Shown: positions 51,832 through 63,829, counted from the whole stretch's first letter. The stretch: 63,829 nt of DNA, filler included, from Bigelowiella natans CCMP2755 (GCA_000320545.1; 7 parts of 7 records of this genome joined end to end with filler, not necessarily neighbours in it); one strand, 5' to 3'. Notes: generated by a model not told the origin, from the letters alone. A program made the numbers and translations.

Positions 51832-53037
51832 ATGCAAAGCAGGGACGATCAAGCGCAGCATGCGGAGATTGAACGAATAAAAGACCAAATCAGCCATGCA
51901 AGCAACCCAGAAGAGACAAAAAGGGCAATGCTTAAGCTTTCAGCCTTTCCAATGACGACGAGCTTGTTGATACAGACGAAATTGCCCCTATTCCTAAAGA
52001 AACATCTTGCAGCAGAGACTCAAGACCTGAAGATTTTGGGTAGAAAGCTCAGACGGAAGTGGAAGCAAATCTACAGAGAGGGTGTGGCTGCTACTGGCGA
52101 AATAAAAACGAACCAGAAACCCTCCTTGAGCACACAAAGCAGTCCTCTAAACAACAGTATAGATAGTCGTGCGAAAGCTGCACGTCGGATTCACGAGGCG
52201 ATATTAAGAAAGGGAGTAAGGGGTGCAATTACGCTAACTTTTGGAGACCAAGCCGAGAATCATGTCGGCATGCAAAAGATAGGCCAGCTTGCTGAGTCAG
52301 GATTCAAGATCGAGGAACTTGAGGAGGCCAAGCAGCGTTTTGAGAATCAAGGGTGCAAGTGCGAGCTGATTGACCTAAAAGAACTCCTAGAGGATAATGA
52401 GAAGATGAAAAAGGAAGCAGAAGAAGCTAAGATCTTAATTATCCGTGACGCAGTGCAGGCCCTCCTTACAAAAGATGAAGATGTTAGAACTGGGAAACAG
52501 GATGAGATTCCGTTTGCAACCCAACTTTTCATGGAGCAGAAACAACTCACTTGGGATAAACATGCTTGGATGAAGGGCCGTGTCGTCAATAAGCGCGCCC
52601 GGTACAACCTCTGCTATGCTGAAGCCCCTCAAGATCCGGACTACAATGCTAAAAAGGGGAGAATTGTGGCGTATTCCACGATTCCCTTGACAAAACAGCT
52701 ACGCCAGGCGCTTCCACAAGTGTTGGGGGGAAAAGCAGAGGGTTTAACATGCGAGGGAAACTACTACTACAATGTTAGCCAATGTGGAATCGGTTTTCAC
52801 GGCGATTCTGAGCGGCGGAAAGTTGTCGCAGTTAGGTTGGGAGCAACAATACCGTTGCACTATCAGTGGTTCTATCGCTCACACGCTGTTGGTAGTCGAG
52901 GAATTCACCAAATCAACCATGGTGATATGTATATAATGTCCGAGAAAGCAGTCGGCACTGACTGGAAAAGAAAGATCATCCCCACGCTTCGTCATGCTGC
53001 TGGTTGCAAAACGTTCTTAACTATAAAGAAAAAGTAG
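51832..53037 (+). CDS. Intronless fusion: TFIIS N-terminal (LW)-like helical domain plus AlkB-like 2OG-Fe(II) dioxygenase (401 aa from the first ATG; frame open from 51607)
   Basis: AMLKLSAFPMTTSLLIQTKLPLFLKKH...LGRKLRRKWKQIY matches the TFIIS-N pattern. EGNYYYNVSQCGIGFHGDSE (N.Y...IG.HxD), VAVRLG, NHGDMYIM and LRHAAG give the AlkB-type HxD...H iron triad. Confidence 0.82.
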   Translation: MQSRDDQAQHAEIERIKDQISHASNPEETKRAMLKLSAFPMTTSLLIQTKLPLFLKKHLAAETQDLKILGRKLRRKWKQIYREGVAATGEIKTNQKPSLSTQSSPLNNSIDSRAKAARRIHEAILRKGVRGAITLTFGDQAENHVGMQKIGQLAESGFKIEELEEAKQRFENQGCKCELIDLKELLEDNEKMKKEAEEAKILIIRDAVQALLTKDEDVRTGKQDEIPFATQLFMEQKQLTWDKHAWMKGRVVNKRARYNLCYAEAPQDPDYNAKKGRIVAYSTIPLTKQLRQALPQVLGGKAEGLTCEGNYYYNVSQCGIGFHGDSERRKVVAVRLGATIPLHYQWFYRSHAVGSRGIHQINHGDMYIMSEKAVGTDWKRKIIPTLRHAAGCKTFLTIKKK

Positions 53038-53786
53038 TGAGCAGCACCTCCGAGAATAGCATTGGCAGAATCTGGAAAGCAACTCTTCATAGATTTCATG
53101 GGATACGATGTTGACTCCCTTTTAAGGCGTGATGATTATCGTCAGACGTGATACAGTTATGTTTTCATTGTCGCCCATTCTTCATTGTACATTTTACATT
53201 TACACAAATTTTGCATCAACATCTTGACGGATATTTTTCACGTGCAGCACACATAGCATATCTGTATGTAACTCTAATTGTGTATGGAGATCGTGCGCGA
53301 AACACCACAAATAACAACATATTTATGCTGTGTTACGAGCAAAGCACAGACTACGTTGTATTTCTGTGAATTCACTTGGTGTCTTATGTAGACACGTGTG
53401 TTTACGGAGCCTAGAACGTGAGTATGAGACGAAAGAAATGAACGAATTAAAACGTTTCAATGGTTATCCTAACAAAGCTATGCATGTAAGTAAATACGGA
53501 AGTAATGAAAAACGAAAATTTTCCAAACGTGCGTATGTTAATGCTCATTGCACGCCATCCCTAACCACCGCGCAAGCAAGGCATATACGTGCATGTGAAC
53601 ACAACATGGAAAACAATATGTACGCAAGCGCAATTAATCATTACATAAAACAACTACATACTTCGCATCGGCGGCCTCAGCGACTCTGGAGCATGATACC
53701 AGCGCACACAATATGATTATCAATGCATGTCGGTGCGAGAAATATTACTTGCGCTTACAATACATTCCAATGAGAGCACAACGCAG

Positions 53787-54350
53787 TCACAATGGCGGAG
53801 GAACTGATCTCGTCACCGGGGGGGTGATAACCGAGATAGGCTCCGTTGTTCCTGTTTCCTCCTGCACCTTGTCGCACGTAGAAGGCGCGTGTCTAGCACT
53901 GGTTGTGGAACTTGTTGTCTCGGTGATGTGGCTAACCTTGGCGGCGCTATCCCACGTGGACTGTCGCCTGGCGTCATGCGTCGATGATGCCCGCGATGAG
54001 TTTCGCGACGACGGAGACGACGGTTGCACCCGTTTCGACCTTGGTACGCCTATAGTTGCTGCCAGCATCAGGTGATCAGACGGCTCTGCCATGGAGGGCA
54101 AAGGGCCGTGTTGTGATGCAACCCCAGGGAGACGTAGCACCTTTATGTGTTATGTGGGATGATGCTTGGTCCTTAGACTTAGGCATGTTGTGGGAATGGG
54201 TGGGGATGTCGAGCATCTTCGTACATTTTCCGCACACGCTAGGAGAAGTGGGAACATAACTCCAACTATCGTTAGTAGGCTCAATTGCTATCATCGAGAG
54301 AAGATAGATATTTGCAAATGTACTCTCACTCACTCTCTCTCTCTCTCCCT

Positions 54351-54381
<31 letters not shown>

Positions 54382-55656
54382 ATATTCTCTCTCTCCCTCC
54401 CTCTCTCTCTCTCTCTCGCTCTCCCCCTCTATTATACATAATATCAATGGTAAAAAATGACAAGGCGTTCATGTAGACTACCCTTTTCACTTGCACGGTG
54501 GGGGAAACCAGGATGTAGTCCAAAGTCGAGATGAATCGATCACGATCCTTGGGAACACAAAGAACATGGCGGGTAGTAGTCGGGGGGGGTTAGGCGCAAT
54601 ATTGTCGTTGGTATGGCATCATTATTATGATGATGATGATGATGGTCACGACGATGGTGATGGTTACGATGACGATGACGATGAGAACGATAATGATGAT
54701 GATGATCAGTACAACCTCAATCTTCGAGTAGGTCGTAAACTCCGGTTCATGACCATAGACACATCGGTATGCACTTTTTAACAAATGTGTTGGCATTGGC
54801 TCTCCCCCTGCTCCCCAAAACTTCCTTCTTACGAGACGGAGAAAGGTATTGGGCGGCGACGATGGGGGCGGGGACACCATCGAGTACGATTGCCCTCGCA
54901 TGTCGGTGTTTGAATGCTGCTGCCGCTGCTGCAGCTGGTGGTCAGGAAATTGCTTTTTATTGTTCTTTTGGCTCTCGATAGCAGCCTTTCTCGACTCTCC
55001 CATGACAAGATTCCGCAGGTAGTCTTGATGATTGCACACAACAAAGACCCTCCGTCAGCACTTGGGAATACGTACACACCACATGAATATCGGACTATGA
55101 TGAGTTCTATTCACATTGCTATCATCACCACCCCTCTGTCTCTTCTTTACATCATTGCACTCTCCCCCTCTCTCTCCCTCTCTCTCTCTCTCTCTTCCAT
55201 CTATCTGTCCGCTTGCCCCTCACACACACACACACACACACACTTTCCGTTGCTCTTGGCGTGATGTTCATCTTGGAGGCATTTGGCCGTGGGACGGTGA
55301 TGAGCTTGTACGCAAGGTCTGAAGGCTTTATGTTCAAGTCCCCGGCGAGCACCAGGGCCTCACCTACCACGTGCATAGAAGGAAATGGCAGCCCGCATTG
55401 ATGATGCATGCAACGGTGATGATGACGACTCAATTTTTTAACATGTGCTCTCTATCTCTCTCTGCCTAAATCTATTTCTCCATTTCTTCCCCCCCCCTCT
55501 CCCTTTCTGTGTGTCTATACGTGTGCTGTGTGGTAGGCTACCTTTGGCCAGTCCGTGCACGAAATTGGAGAGGTACACAGAGTGCAGTGACAAGACACCT
55601 GGTGTCCGGAAGGCGCATGGGAGATGATACGTGGCCACGCATACCTATAAGCGACA

Positions 55657-55690
<34 letters not shown>

Positions 55691-57367
55691 TTTAGACGTA
55701 TCACACGTATAGACGCTCCCATGAAAAATCTTTGTAAAACAAAACGAGCGGTTCTGTCAGTTCCTTTTCCTGTGCGACATCGTGTTTTGCACAAGTCAGC
55801 AATGATCCACGGCTTGTTGTTTATATCTGCAGCCTAAACAGTGCAGCGCTGCAATCTGGTACATGGCTGCTGCTGCTGCTCATACCCTTGTGTTGAGGGC
55901 GGGGTTCCGAAGCTGCACGAAAACGATCTTGTTACTCCTGAAAGAGAGCATTAATGTGGTGATGGTGATGGTGATGGTGATGCTAAGGACGATCTTAGTT
56001 CACTGTCGTATCGCACGATATTAAAACCTCTCATTTTCGGATCTGCCTCCCTCCTTCCCCTTCTCCTCTTCTTCCAATTTTTCCTCTTCCCATATTGTTC
56101 GCTACTGCCGACCTTTTCCTTGCATTTCTCCACTCGTATGAGGTTGCTGCTGCCAACGAGGCGGAACGATACGATGATGATGATGATGATGATGACGACG
56201 ACGACGGCGATAGGCCTTGGTTCTTCCCACACCCTTCTACCTCTCCTCCTTTTCCTTTGAAGAGGGAGAATGGAAATGACGACGACGATGTCAATGAACC
56301 CGTCGCTTCCCGTTCTTGAGTTTGATCTCTGGATGATATTGCGCTGACTTAGCTAGATCCTCCCTTCTCATCCCCTCCCCCCCTCCATCCCCCCTTCCTC
56401 AGCGTCACGTCTACAATCATCATCACCATCATCACATCCACTCTCACCACGACAACCCTAATTCGCGTATAACCTTTTTTTAGATAATGAACCCTACCTT
56501 GGACGATAGCCGATAAGACCGAGCAGGCGCGCCTTCAGCTTACCAACCAGGCCCTCCCCAAACCAGGCTCCCCCTCCAGCAATCGCTCCCCTCCTTCTCC
56601 TTCTTTGCTCTTCTAATATCAGCTTCGGATGACGCCGAGGTCTTCGTACCATCTCGTGCTTGTTCCGTCGCAACGACGAGGAAGGCGGGGAGGAGGAGAA
56701 GAAAGAGGGTTTATTACCAAGTCTCGGCGTCGATGAGGATGGCCGAAAAATGGCTGGTAGGCGGCGGTGCTGCTCCTCCTGCTGCTGTGTATGGCGATTG
56801 TAGCTATCGAATCTCTCTCCTCCATCTCCCCTTCTTCCCCGGTCATCACCGTTCGCCGACGATGGGTTGTTGTTGCTGTAGCTGTTGATGTTCTCCGTAG
56901 CAGAGGCGGAAGCCATGAGGTCGGACAAGCGGAATATCTTTGCCCTTTCGACCAAGAACTGGTCGTTTGGCACTGCAATTCCACTTCCTGTGCCAACAAC
57001 AACAATGACAACAACAACCAGAAAGTGTTGCTCACTCGTCCAACCACCACAAGAGGAAAAGGAAGGGGTGGGAGGAGGAGGAGGAGGAGGAAGCAGAAGG
57101 CAGAAGAGAGCCGCGGTGCCGAAAGCCTGCAAGTGAAACAAATACGCCAAAAAGAAGTAAAAGAGAAAAGAAAATGCTGCTGCTGTTCTGCTACTTGTAC
57201 TACACCTCACCCATATAGTCATCCATGCTGTGCCCGTCGAAGGAAACAATCTAGGAATAATGATAACGGGGAGGAGAGGACAAAGGCAACGAGCTTAAGA
57301 CACCGATTTTACGGAATTCTGATGTTTCACACACCTGACCAAGCACCTGATAAAACAGAAACACACA

Positions 57368-57426
<59 letters not shown>

Positions 57427-57600
57427 GGGGGAAGAGGGAATACCAGATGGTAGTCACGTTGCTGGAAGAATGAATGAAGCGGCCCAGCCCAGCGCAGAGA
57501 AATCTGGTCAACAAAGTCGTCAAAGTATTAGCACGTGCAGAATCATCGCATCCTCCTCAGTAGCAGCAACGAATGCCAGCAGTAAGGGTTTTTCGAGTCG
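53787..57600 (-). CDS. EEP-superfamily nuclease/phosphatase of the CCR4/nocturnin/Angel/PDE12 group, multi-exon, 5' end missing
   Basis: Ordered exons: ISLRWAGPLHSFFQQRDYHL; GHSMDDYMG-GIAVP; SNKIVFVQL; VATYHLPCAFRTPGVLSLH; VLAGDLNIKPSDLAYKLI; SAYRCVYGHEPEFTTYS; FISTLDYIL. These correspond to the THL, GDxN, SAY..EP.FT and TLDYI motifs. Confidence 0.82.
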
Positions 57601-57874
57601 TCGGTGCAGTGTGGGGGCATAAAAAGACAATTGTGGACGTGGTCCTTTTGGACGCTCTATCACCACGACTACGACTTTCAATGCATATTTATTTTTGTCC
57701 CCACCCCGTTTCGTCGTCTCGCCAAACCCCCACTGCTGGCATTCGTTGCTGCTACTGAGGAGGATGCGATGATTCTGCACGTGCTAATACTTTGACGACT
57801 TTGTTGACCAGATTTCTCTGCGCTGGGCTGGGCCGCTTCATTCATTACTCCAGCAACGTGACTAATATCTGGTA
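57441..57874. repeat. Long inverted repeat (about 140-bp near-perfect arms, degenerate inner extension)
   Basis: 57441-~57582 is the reverse complement of ~57733-57874 with about 4 mismatches; weaker similarity continues inward to a loop at about 57630-57690. Confidence 0.92.
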
Positions 57875-58419
57875 GGGCATCTTTGCCCCTTCCTTGAAAA
57901 GGTCTCTCTCACACTCCTCACTTTATAGAATTCTTGCAGCTGGGGGGATCTACTCTCTGTAGAGCGCTTTCAACCCCTAAACCCCCTTTTGCTATTACTG
58001 AAATTTTTACCGTGAATGGCACCCCCACCCCTCCTGGGTCTTTTTATAGTTANNNNNNNNNNNNNNNNNNNNNNNNNNNNNNNNNNNNNNNNNNNNTTAA
58101 TTAATTAANNNNNNNNNNNNNNNNNNNNNNNNNNNNNNNNNNNNNNNNNNNNGCATGATTCCAGAAGACGACGATGACAGCAGCAGCAGCACTTAGACAA
58201 GGACAGCAACAGGAAAAGGAGGGGGAGGTCATTACATCGTTTATGGAAAAGTTGTGTGTTTTCCCCAAAAATAAAAAAGAAATTAAATTTTCTATTCTCC
58301 TCCTCCCCTCTCCTTTCGGACTCTTCTCGTAGCAGACTTATGGATCGTCTCCTCTTTCATACTCTGCTAAAGACAAAACATCCATTCTGTAAGTACTTTC
58401 TCCTGCTATGTAGCTTCTC

Positions 58420-58464
<45 letters not shown>

Positions 58465-58699
58465 CCTCCTCCCCCCCCCCCTCTCTTTGTGTGCATGTCC
58501 GTGTGTGTGCACGTGCACGGGGCGTACTTTCCAAGGCCGCTCTTCTGCAATACAGTCATCATTGCCACTACTACCAACCTCCTACATCCATTGGCAAAAG
58601 CCCTTGGCTACGGCAAAGAGTGGTGCTTACAAAGCGAGCGTGCTTGCCTCATTTGTTCTTCTCTGCCCTCCTCGTTGTTTCTTTTAACAAACACAGCAG

Positions 58700-60660
58700 C
58701 GGCAGCAGCTCTGCCAGCGTGAAGGAGAGTTCTGCCATTCCACCAGAATCCCCCCTCCACAAGAACGCTGGCGAGCATAGTGCCGTTGATAGCACCCGGG
58801 GGGAAGCAGGGGGAAAGATGATGCTGCCAGAGAGCCTCACGCCCTCCCCCCCCCGTCACGAAAGAACAATACGGATGAGAGAGGGAGCTTCTACTGCTGG
58901 CGTGGGGCGTGGTTATTCTCACATCGGTAGCGAAGACGAATACCACTCGAGCCTCCACGACGATGGAGCAGGAGGAAGAGGGGTACACAGAGGAGAGGAG
59001 TTCTCCCCCGGCCAATTCTCCCCCCCCCTGGGAGAGACCCACTTCTCCTCACCCCCCCTCCCCCACCCGGCGGAGGTCATCGAGCGCTTTTCCCCCCGCC
59101 TTCTGTTTGGGGAGGGGGAGGAAGAAGAGGAGAGACGCTCGCGGCGTTACTCTCCCTCAAAAGATTCATCAGCATCAGCAGCAGCCGCGTCCAGGATCCC
59201 CTCCGGCAAGACCGGCATCTTAGAAGCAAAAGCGGAGAGGGGGGGGGGGCACAGAGGGTTAACCGACGATAGCGACGAAAGCTACGTCACCACCCCAGAG
59301 CAAATGAGGCGGGAACACTGCAAGAATGACACAATCGCAGCGAGTCGCTTCTCTGTGCAAAACAGCAAAGACACGGGTGGGGAGAGAAGTCGCCTCGGGG
59401 AGGGAGGGGGGGCGCAACGCCAAGGAGGAGGAAAAGGAGGCAGTAAGGACGTGAATGGAGAGGATGATGGTGATTTTCAGCACAAAGGAGAAGAAGAAGA
59501 AGAAGAAGAAGAAGATGGAATGGTGACGGAATATCAGCACCCCGGTATGTGGTATTTTTTAGAGTAGAAAGCAGCAGCAAGAAGAAGACGAAGAAGAAGA
59601 AGACGAAGAAGAAGAAGACGAAGAAGAAGAAGAAGAAGAAGAAAGACCCCATGCCGATGCGTCCACGCATATTCGTATAGCATTCATACTAGGCCCCATC
59701 CAGTAGAGCTTCAATTTTAAATCCCCCATTTTATGCATAATACACATGACCGCGTTGATATCAGGATCGCCGCCCCCTCTCTCCTCTTCCGCTCCTTCCT
59801 ATGTAATAAGAATATACCTATACTGATAAAATAGCAAGGGAGTGATATCATTTGGATCCGCTTTTATTTTAAGATCGGAAGAAGCCTTCTACGGCTTATT
59901 ACCGATGCAATTTGGACCAAAATTTTAGCTTCCGTTTCGACGTGTCGCGAGACATGCCTAGTCCCCCCCCCCCCCCCCGTCATTTTTCCTTTTTCAATTT
60001 TTCACTTTTTTGCTCATGCGAGTTTGCTATTCTGAGCGCGGCTAAGACTACAGAAGCCAGATGTTGTTGCGCGGTGGCGATGTTATTTGTCCTCCTCACA
60101 TCTCCAACCTTGCCAAAAAAGGTCGCTCCCTCCCCCACGATTATGGACGTTAAGATAGGGTCTCTGCTGCACGAGGGGATGGAGGACAGAATGATGGGCG
60201 GCGATGCGAATGACGATGGCGATGACGACGATGGATCTGCTTCAATGGAACCGCCGATCGTTGAATCGACAACAAATACAACGGCAAAGACGACCCCCAC
60301 GACGATGGGGCAGACCCCCCCTTGGAGGCTACCATCGGTGCAATACAATGATGACTGACGATGACGATGATGACGGCCCGCTGTCATTCTTCCTGCTCGC
60401 AACAGCGCCGTACGCTACATTGTATGCACTACCCTGGATGTATTTGGTGTTGTTTCTTTCCTCGTAGTCGGCACGTCGATCAACGTTGTTGTGCATACAG
60501 GAGCCACAGGGGGAAGCTTCGTCATTTGCGAGACCGTCTAGAGTCTCGAGCTGCGGCCTCCACATACGGCAACGACATCATCGCCAATGACTACAATAAG
60601 TACAACGCCTTCAGCAGGACGGGGGGGGGGAGGGACCCCTACCGCACTAGCAAGGTGAGA
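58700..60660 (+). CDS. Fragment of an uncharacterised low-complexity Ser/Gly/Glu-rich protein
   Basis: A long open frame ends at a GT donor after EYQHP, and later exon-like pieces follow (RSHRGKLRHLRDRLESRAAASTYGNDIIANDYNKYNAFSR). I recognise no family. Confidence 0.4.
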
Positions 60661-60852
60661 AAATTTGTGAGGGGAGAAGGAGGAGGAGGAGGAGGGGGAG
60701 GAGAAGTGAAAATGANNNNNNNNNNNNNNNNNNNNNNNNNNNNNNNNNNNNNNNNNNNNTTAATTAATTAANNNNNNNNNNNNNNNNNNNNNNNNNNNNN
60801 NNNNNNNNNNNNNNNTGCATGATTTCTGTATGCTATTTTATGAGAGATTTAC

Positions 60853-61640
60853 CTCCATGCAGTGGCAAGTGCCGCCTAGACAATCGCCGCGTCCATTGCA
60901 GTCGTTCTCGCATACTTTCATCTGAAGAGAAGGAAGCATCAAGCTCAGCATCCCACGGAGAGAGCAGCCGGCTCATGGAGATATGGGATACATGGCAGCG
61001 GAAAAGCGAGACGCTGATTCTTACGATTAATGGACCTTCATCGCTACAGACATTACGTGTGCATTATGGACTGCTCTCCCCCCCCCCCCCCCTTCACCTG
61101 GCACTGCGAGCCTGCATAAGGAGCATGGCAGCGGCACTCCCCATCCACCCATATCTTCCAGGCCGGACACCACCCAAAGGAAAGGGGCGGGGGGAGGGGG
61201 GGGGGGGGGGGGGGGGGGGGATAATGTGCACGTGTTGTGTGGGGGGGGGGGGGGGGATTTATTGTGAGAGTAAGCGTGTCGCTTTTTCGGGGGGATGTGT
61301 AACATATATCTATGAGGGGGGGGCGCACACCGTGGGGGGCCCCCCTCTTTTGGGGAGGGGGTGGGGGCAATTTATATATAAAAATCCCGGCGCGGGGGAT
61401 CTCCTCCCTGCGATGGGCCCCCGCCCTCTAGCGATGCATTCTAATCCTGAGAGGGGGGAAGGGGAGGGGGTGGGGAGGGGAGGGAGAGAGGGAGAGAGGG
61501 AGAGGCGGGTATAAACGTAACATCATATTGATATATTTGTATGGCAGTTGCCGATACGACTAGCGAATAAAATACCTTGGTCGAGGCAGCTCTTGCTGCA
61601 CGCCAACGAGCAGTCGCGCCCTCCAAATCTGCATTGTGTT
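60853..61640 (-). CDS. Fragment of a tenascin/teneurin-type EGF-repeat protein (low-quality sequence)
   Basis: Exon 60853-60921 reads MKVCENDCNGRGDCLGGTCHCME with AG/GT borders. Other pieces read VDGECRCHAPYAGSQCQ and FGGRDCSLACSKSCLDQG. Confidence 0.7.
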
Positions 61641-61673
61641 GTTTCACCGAGGACGTGAAAAAGTTATTCAATA

Positions 61674-61736
<63 letters not shown>

Positions 61737-61878
61737 TTGGGGATGGAAAAATATGTATATGGGGAGGGCGCGCGTGCGAGCGTGAGTGCGTGGAGCTGCC
61801 TCAGGACAGGTATGTCTTTCGCGAGATGTCTCGGCAACACTCATACATAAATATAAATATATATTTATGTGTATATAT

Positions 61879-61913
<35 letters not shown>

Positions 61914-62067
61914 CTCCTCCCAGTCTCTCGGTGAGCTCACTAAAGAGAGCGCGCGATCGCGCGCACGNNNNNNNNNNNNNNNNNNNNNNNNNNNNNNNNN
62001 NNNNNNNNNNNTTAATTAATTAANNNNNNNNNNNNNNNNNNNNNNNNNNNNNNNNNNNNNNNNNNNN

Positions 62068-62518
62068 TCCTCTCTCCTCTCTTATTTTCTCCTATTTTCC
62101 TCTTTGAAATCCCCACCAAAACTTGCAGTAGCGAGGAGATGCGACCGCTACTGCTGGAAGTGGTTGCGTTGCGTAGCGGGAGCATTTTCCCGTTTCCTGC
62201 GCTATTCTTCCCAGAAGAAGATTTCAGTTCGGCGTCGTCGCGGGAATTGTCGTCGTAATTCCTGTCATCACGAGCAGCCATCCTCCTTCCTTCCCGCTTC
62301 ATTCTCAACTCTCCGTACTTTCCTTCGCTGCTGATGTTCATGTTGGCCGCGGATGGGTTTGCAGAAATGATCCTGGGGCTAAGGGGGGTGCGGATGCGCG
62401 CTGAAACCTCCCGCAAAGTCCTACAGGCCGTCTTCATCCAGCCATTCATCATCAATGTGGTATTTTTAGCATATATTTAGTGTGTGAACTCCCATTCAAC
62501 ATGTGGGAGTGCGTGCAG

Positions 62519-62553
<35 letters not shown>

Positions 62554-63585
62554 CGCGTTAATGTGTGCACTCTTACCGCTTCGATGGTCACCGCGCATTT
62601 AAGGAAGACATACTTGAGCGCAATCGGTAAGAAGGCCTCCGCAGCAGCCTTGAGCTCCAGCGCAGCAACCATGGCGACAGATAACGATTCTTCCAATTTC
62701 GTTCGTCCCTGCTCTGGCGACGCTTCTTTACGATGCTGGATTCCTCGGTCTCATCGATAATCGCAACAATTCTTTCCTGCTTACTTGAGCACTCGCAGAG
62801 GTAACGCGCGACGCCATCCGCAAGAGGTTGAAACGAGTCGAGGAGGCGAAGTGCCTCGCGAAGCGCGTCCTGAGCGAGCCGCCCCCCCTCGATAATGCTC
62901 GCCCCGACAGCTTTACAAATTGCTGAGTCCCAGCCTAGTGGTGTGTGAAAGGCGATGAATAAGAGAAAGAAAGAAAACAGTAAGGGGGGAAGTAATTCTA
63001 CCATCTCCCTCTTCTTAACTTCAACGCACAAGCGTCACATATGTTTGATTTCGTGTGGATTCGCGGGTGTGGTCTATCACCGAGCGATAGTCCGATGTCC
63101 TCCGATTCCTTCTTGGCCTTACGAATCGGCGCGTTGCTACCTTTGAGCGCACCAGCTATCAGCATTCTACTCCTAGCCAACACATTACTCAGGTCATCCC
63201 AGTCCTCTCGCAAGTAGTCGGGGTCATCCTCACTCACCTACGGAAAGGTAAAAAGAGTCATGGTTCATCGGGCAGCTCATCTATCAACGTAAAGGGGGCA
63301 GAGACTGTGAGCGCGATAGACTCGTAATGTTCGATGTAAACTATGGTGGTGCTCCCTTCCGGCTGGAGTGATCCGCTTAAAACCATATTTTTTTGCACGC
63401 GAAGCAAGAAGGAAGACCCAACCCACCACGTCTGTGGCTTCGCTGTATTCCCAATCGAGCACCAAGATCCTCTGCTCAGCAGCGAGGCCCTCCTGCTTCT
63501 TTATCGAATCACTTAGCCGCCGAATGCGCCCGACAAGCCCCGAGTCTATTTTGGCGAGCATGCGGGGCAACTCCATTGCTTTCAT
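62068..63585 (-). CDS. Uncharacterised multi-exon gene, 3'-truncated
   Basis: Successive protein-like minus-strand ORFs: MELPRMLAKIDSGLVGRIRRL..LVLDWEYSE; DPDYLREDWDDLSNVLARS; LGWDSAICKAVGASIIEGGRLAQDALREALRLLDSF. Confidence 0.5.
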
Positions 63586-63829
63586 TCCTTCAAACTGCTG
63601 TCCCGGCTAGCTCTCGATTTATTACTGGGAAAAGCAGCTAAATTTATCCATGCGACATGCAAAGAATATATGTCGCGATTGTATTTTACGCATAAAACAC
63701 TGTTTGGAGCAGCCGCCTGGTGCTTGTACACGCTATCGTAACCAGGCTAACCAGACGCGTTTTTACCCAGATTACACCTGGAAGAAGCCGGTAGTAACAA
63801 AGGAAGATTCCTGCAGCAGCACCGAAGAG

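Noticed and set aside
5822-62067. Recurrent TTAATTAATTAA palindrome as a regulatory or recombination site
   Set aside because: It is always centred in N44 runs, so it is an assembly linker.

Overview
This is eukaryotic nuclear DNA from an intron-rich protist-like genome; a rhizarian or algal source is my inference only. The window is seven contigs joined by artificial 100-bp N44-TTAATTAATTAA-N44 linkers, so adjacency across linkers has no biological meaning. Genes I could reconstruct exon by exon from GT-AG splice sites: sterol 24-C-methyltransferase (3' half), a coiled-coil/PDZ protein, a secreted type-B carboxylesterase, a sulfotransferase C-terminus, mitochondrial ribosomal protein L33, two SAM-carrier-like mitochondrial carrier units, a TMEM18 homolog, a Tudor-like protein, a divergent SUMO, a CCR4/Angel-type EEP nuclease and an EGF-repeat fragment. 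Mobile DNA comprises an LTR retrotransposon 5' end (LTR, candidate PBS, gag-protease) and a possible non-LTR relic. The two most interesting candidates are (1) an intronless gene fusing a TFIIS-N (LW) helical domain to an unusual AlkB-like 2OG-Fe(II) dioxygenase, next to the LTR element, and (2) an apparent in-frame fusion of two complete mitochondrial carriers carrying a long N-terminal extension. Most short ORFs in the supplied track are microsatellite or antisense noise.
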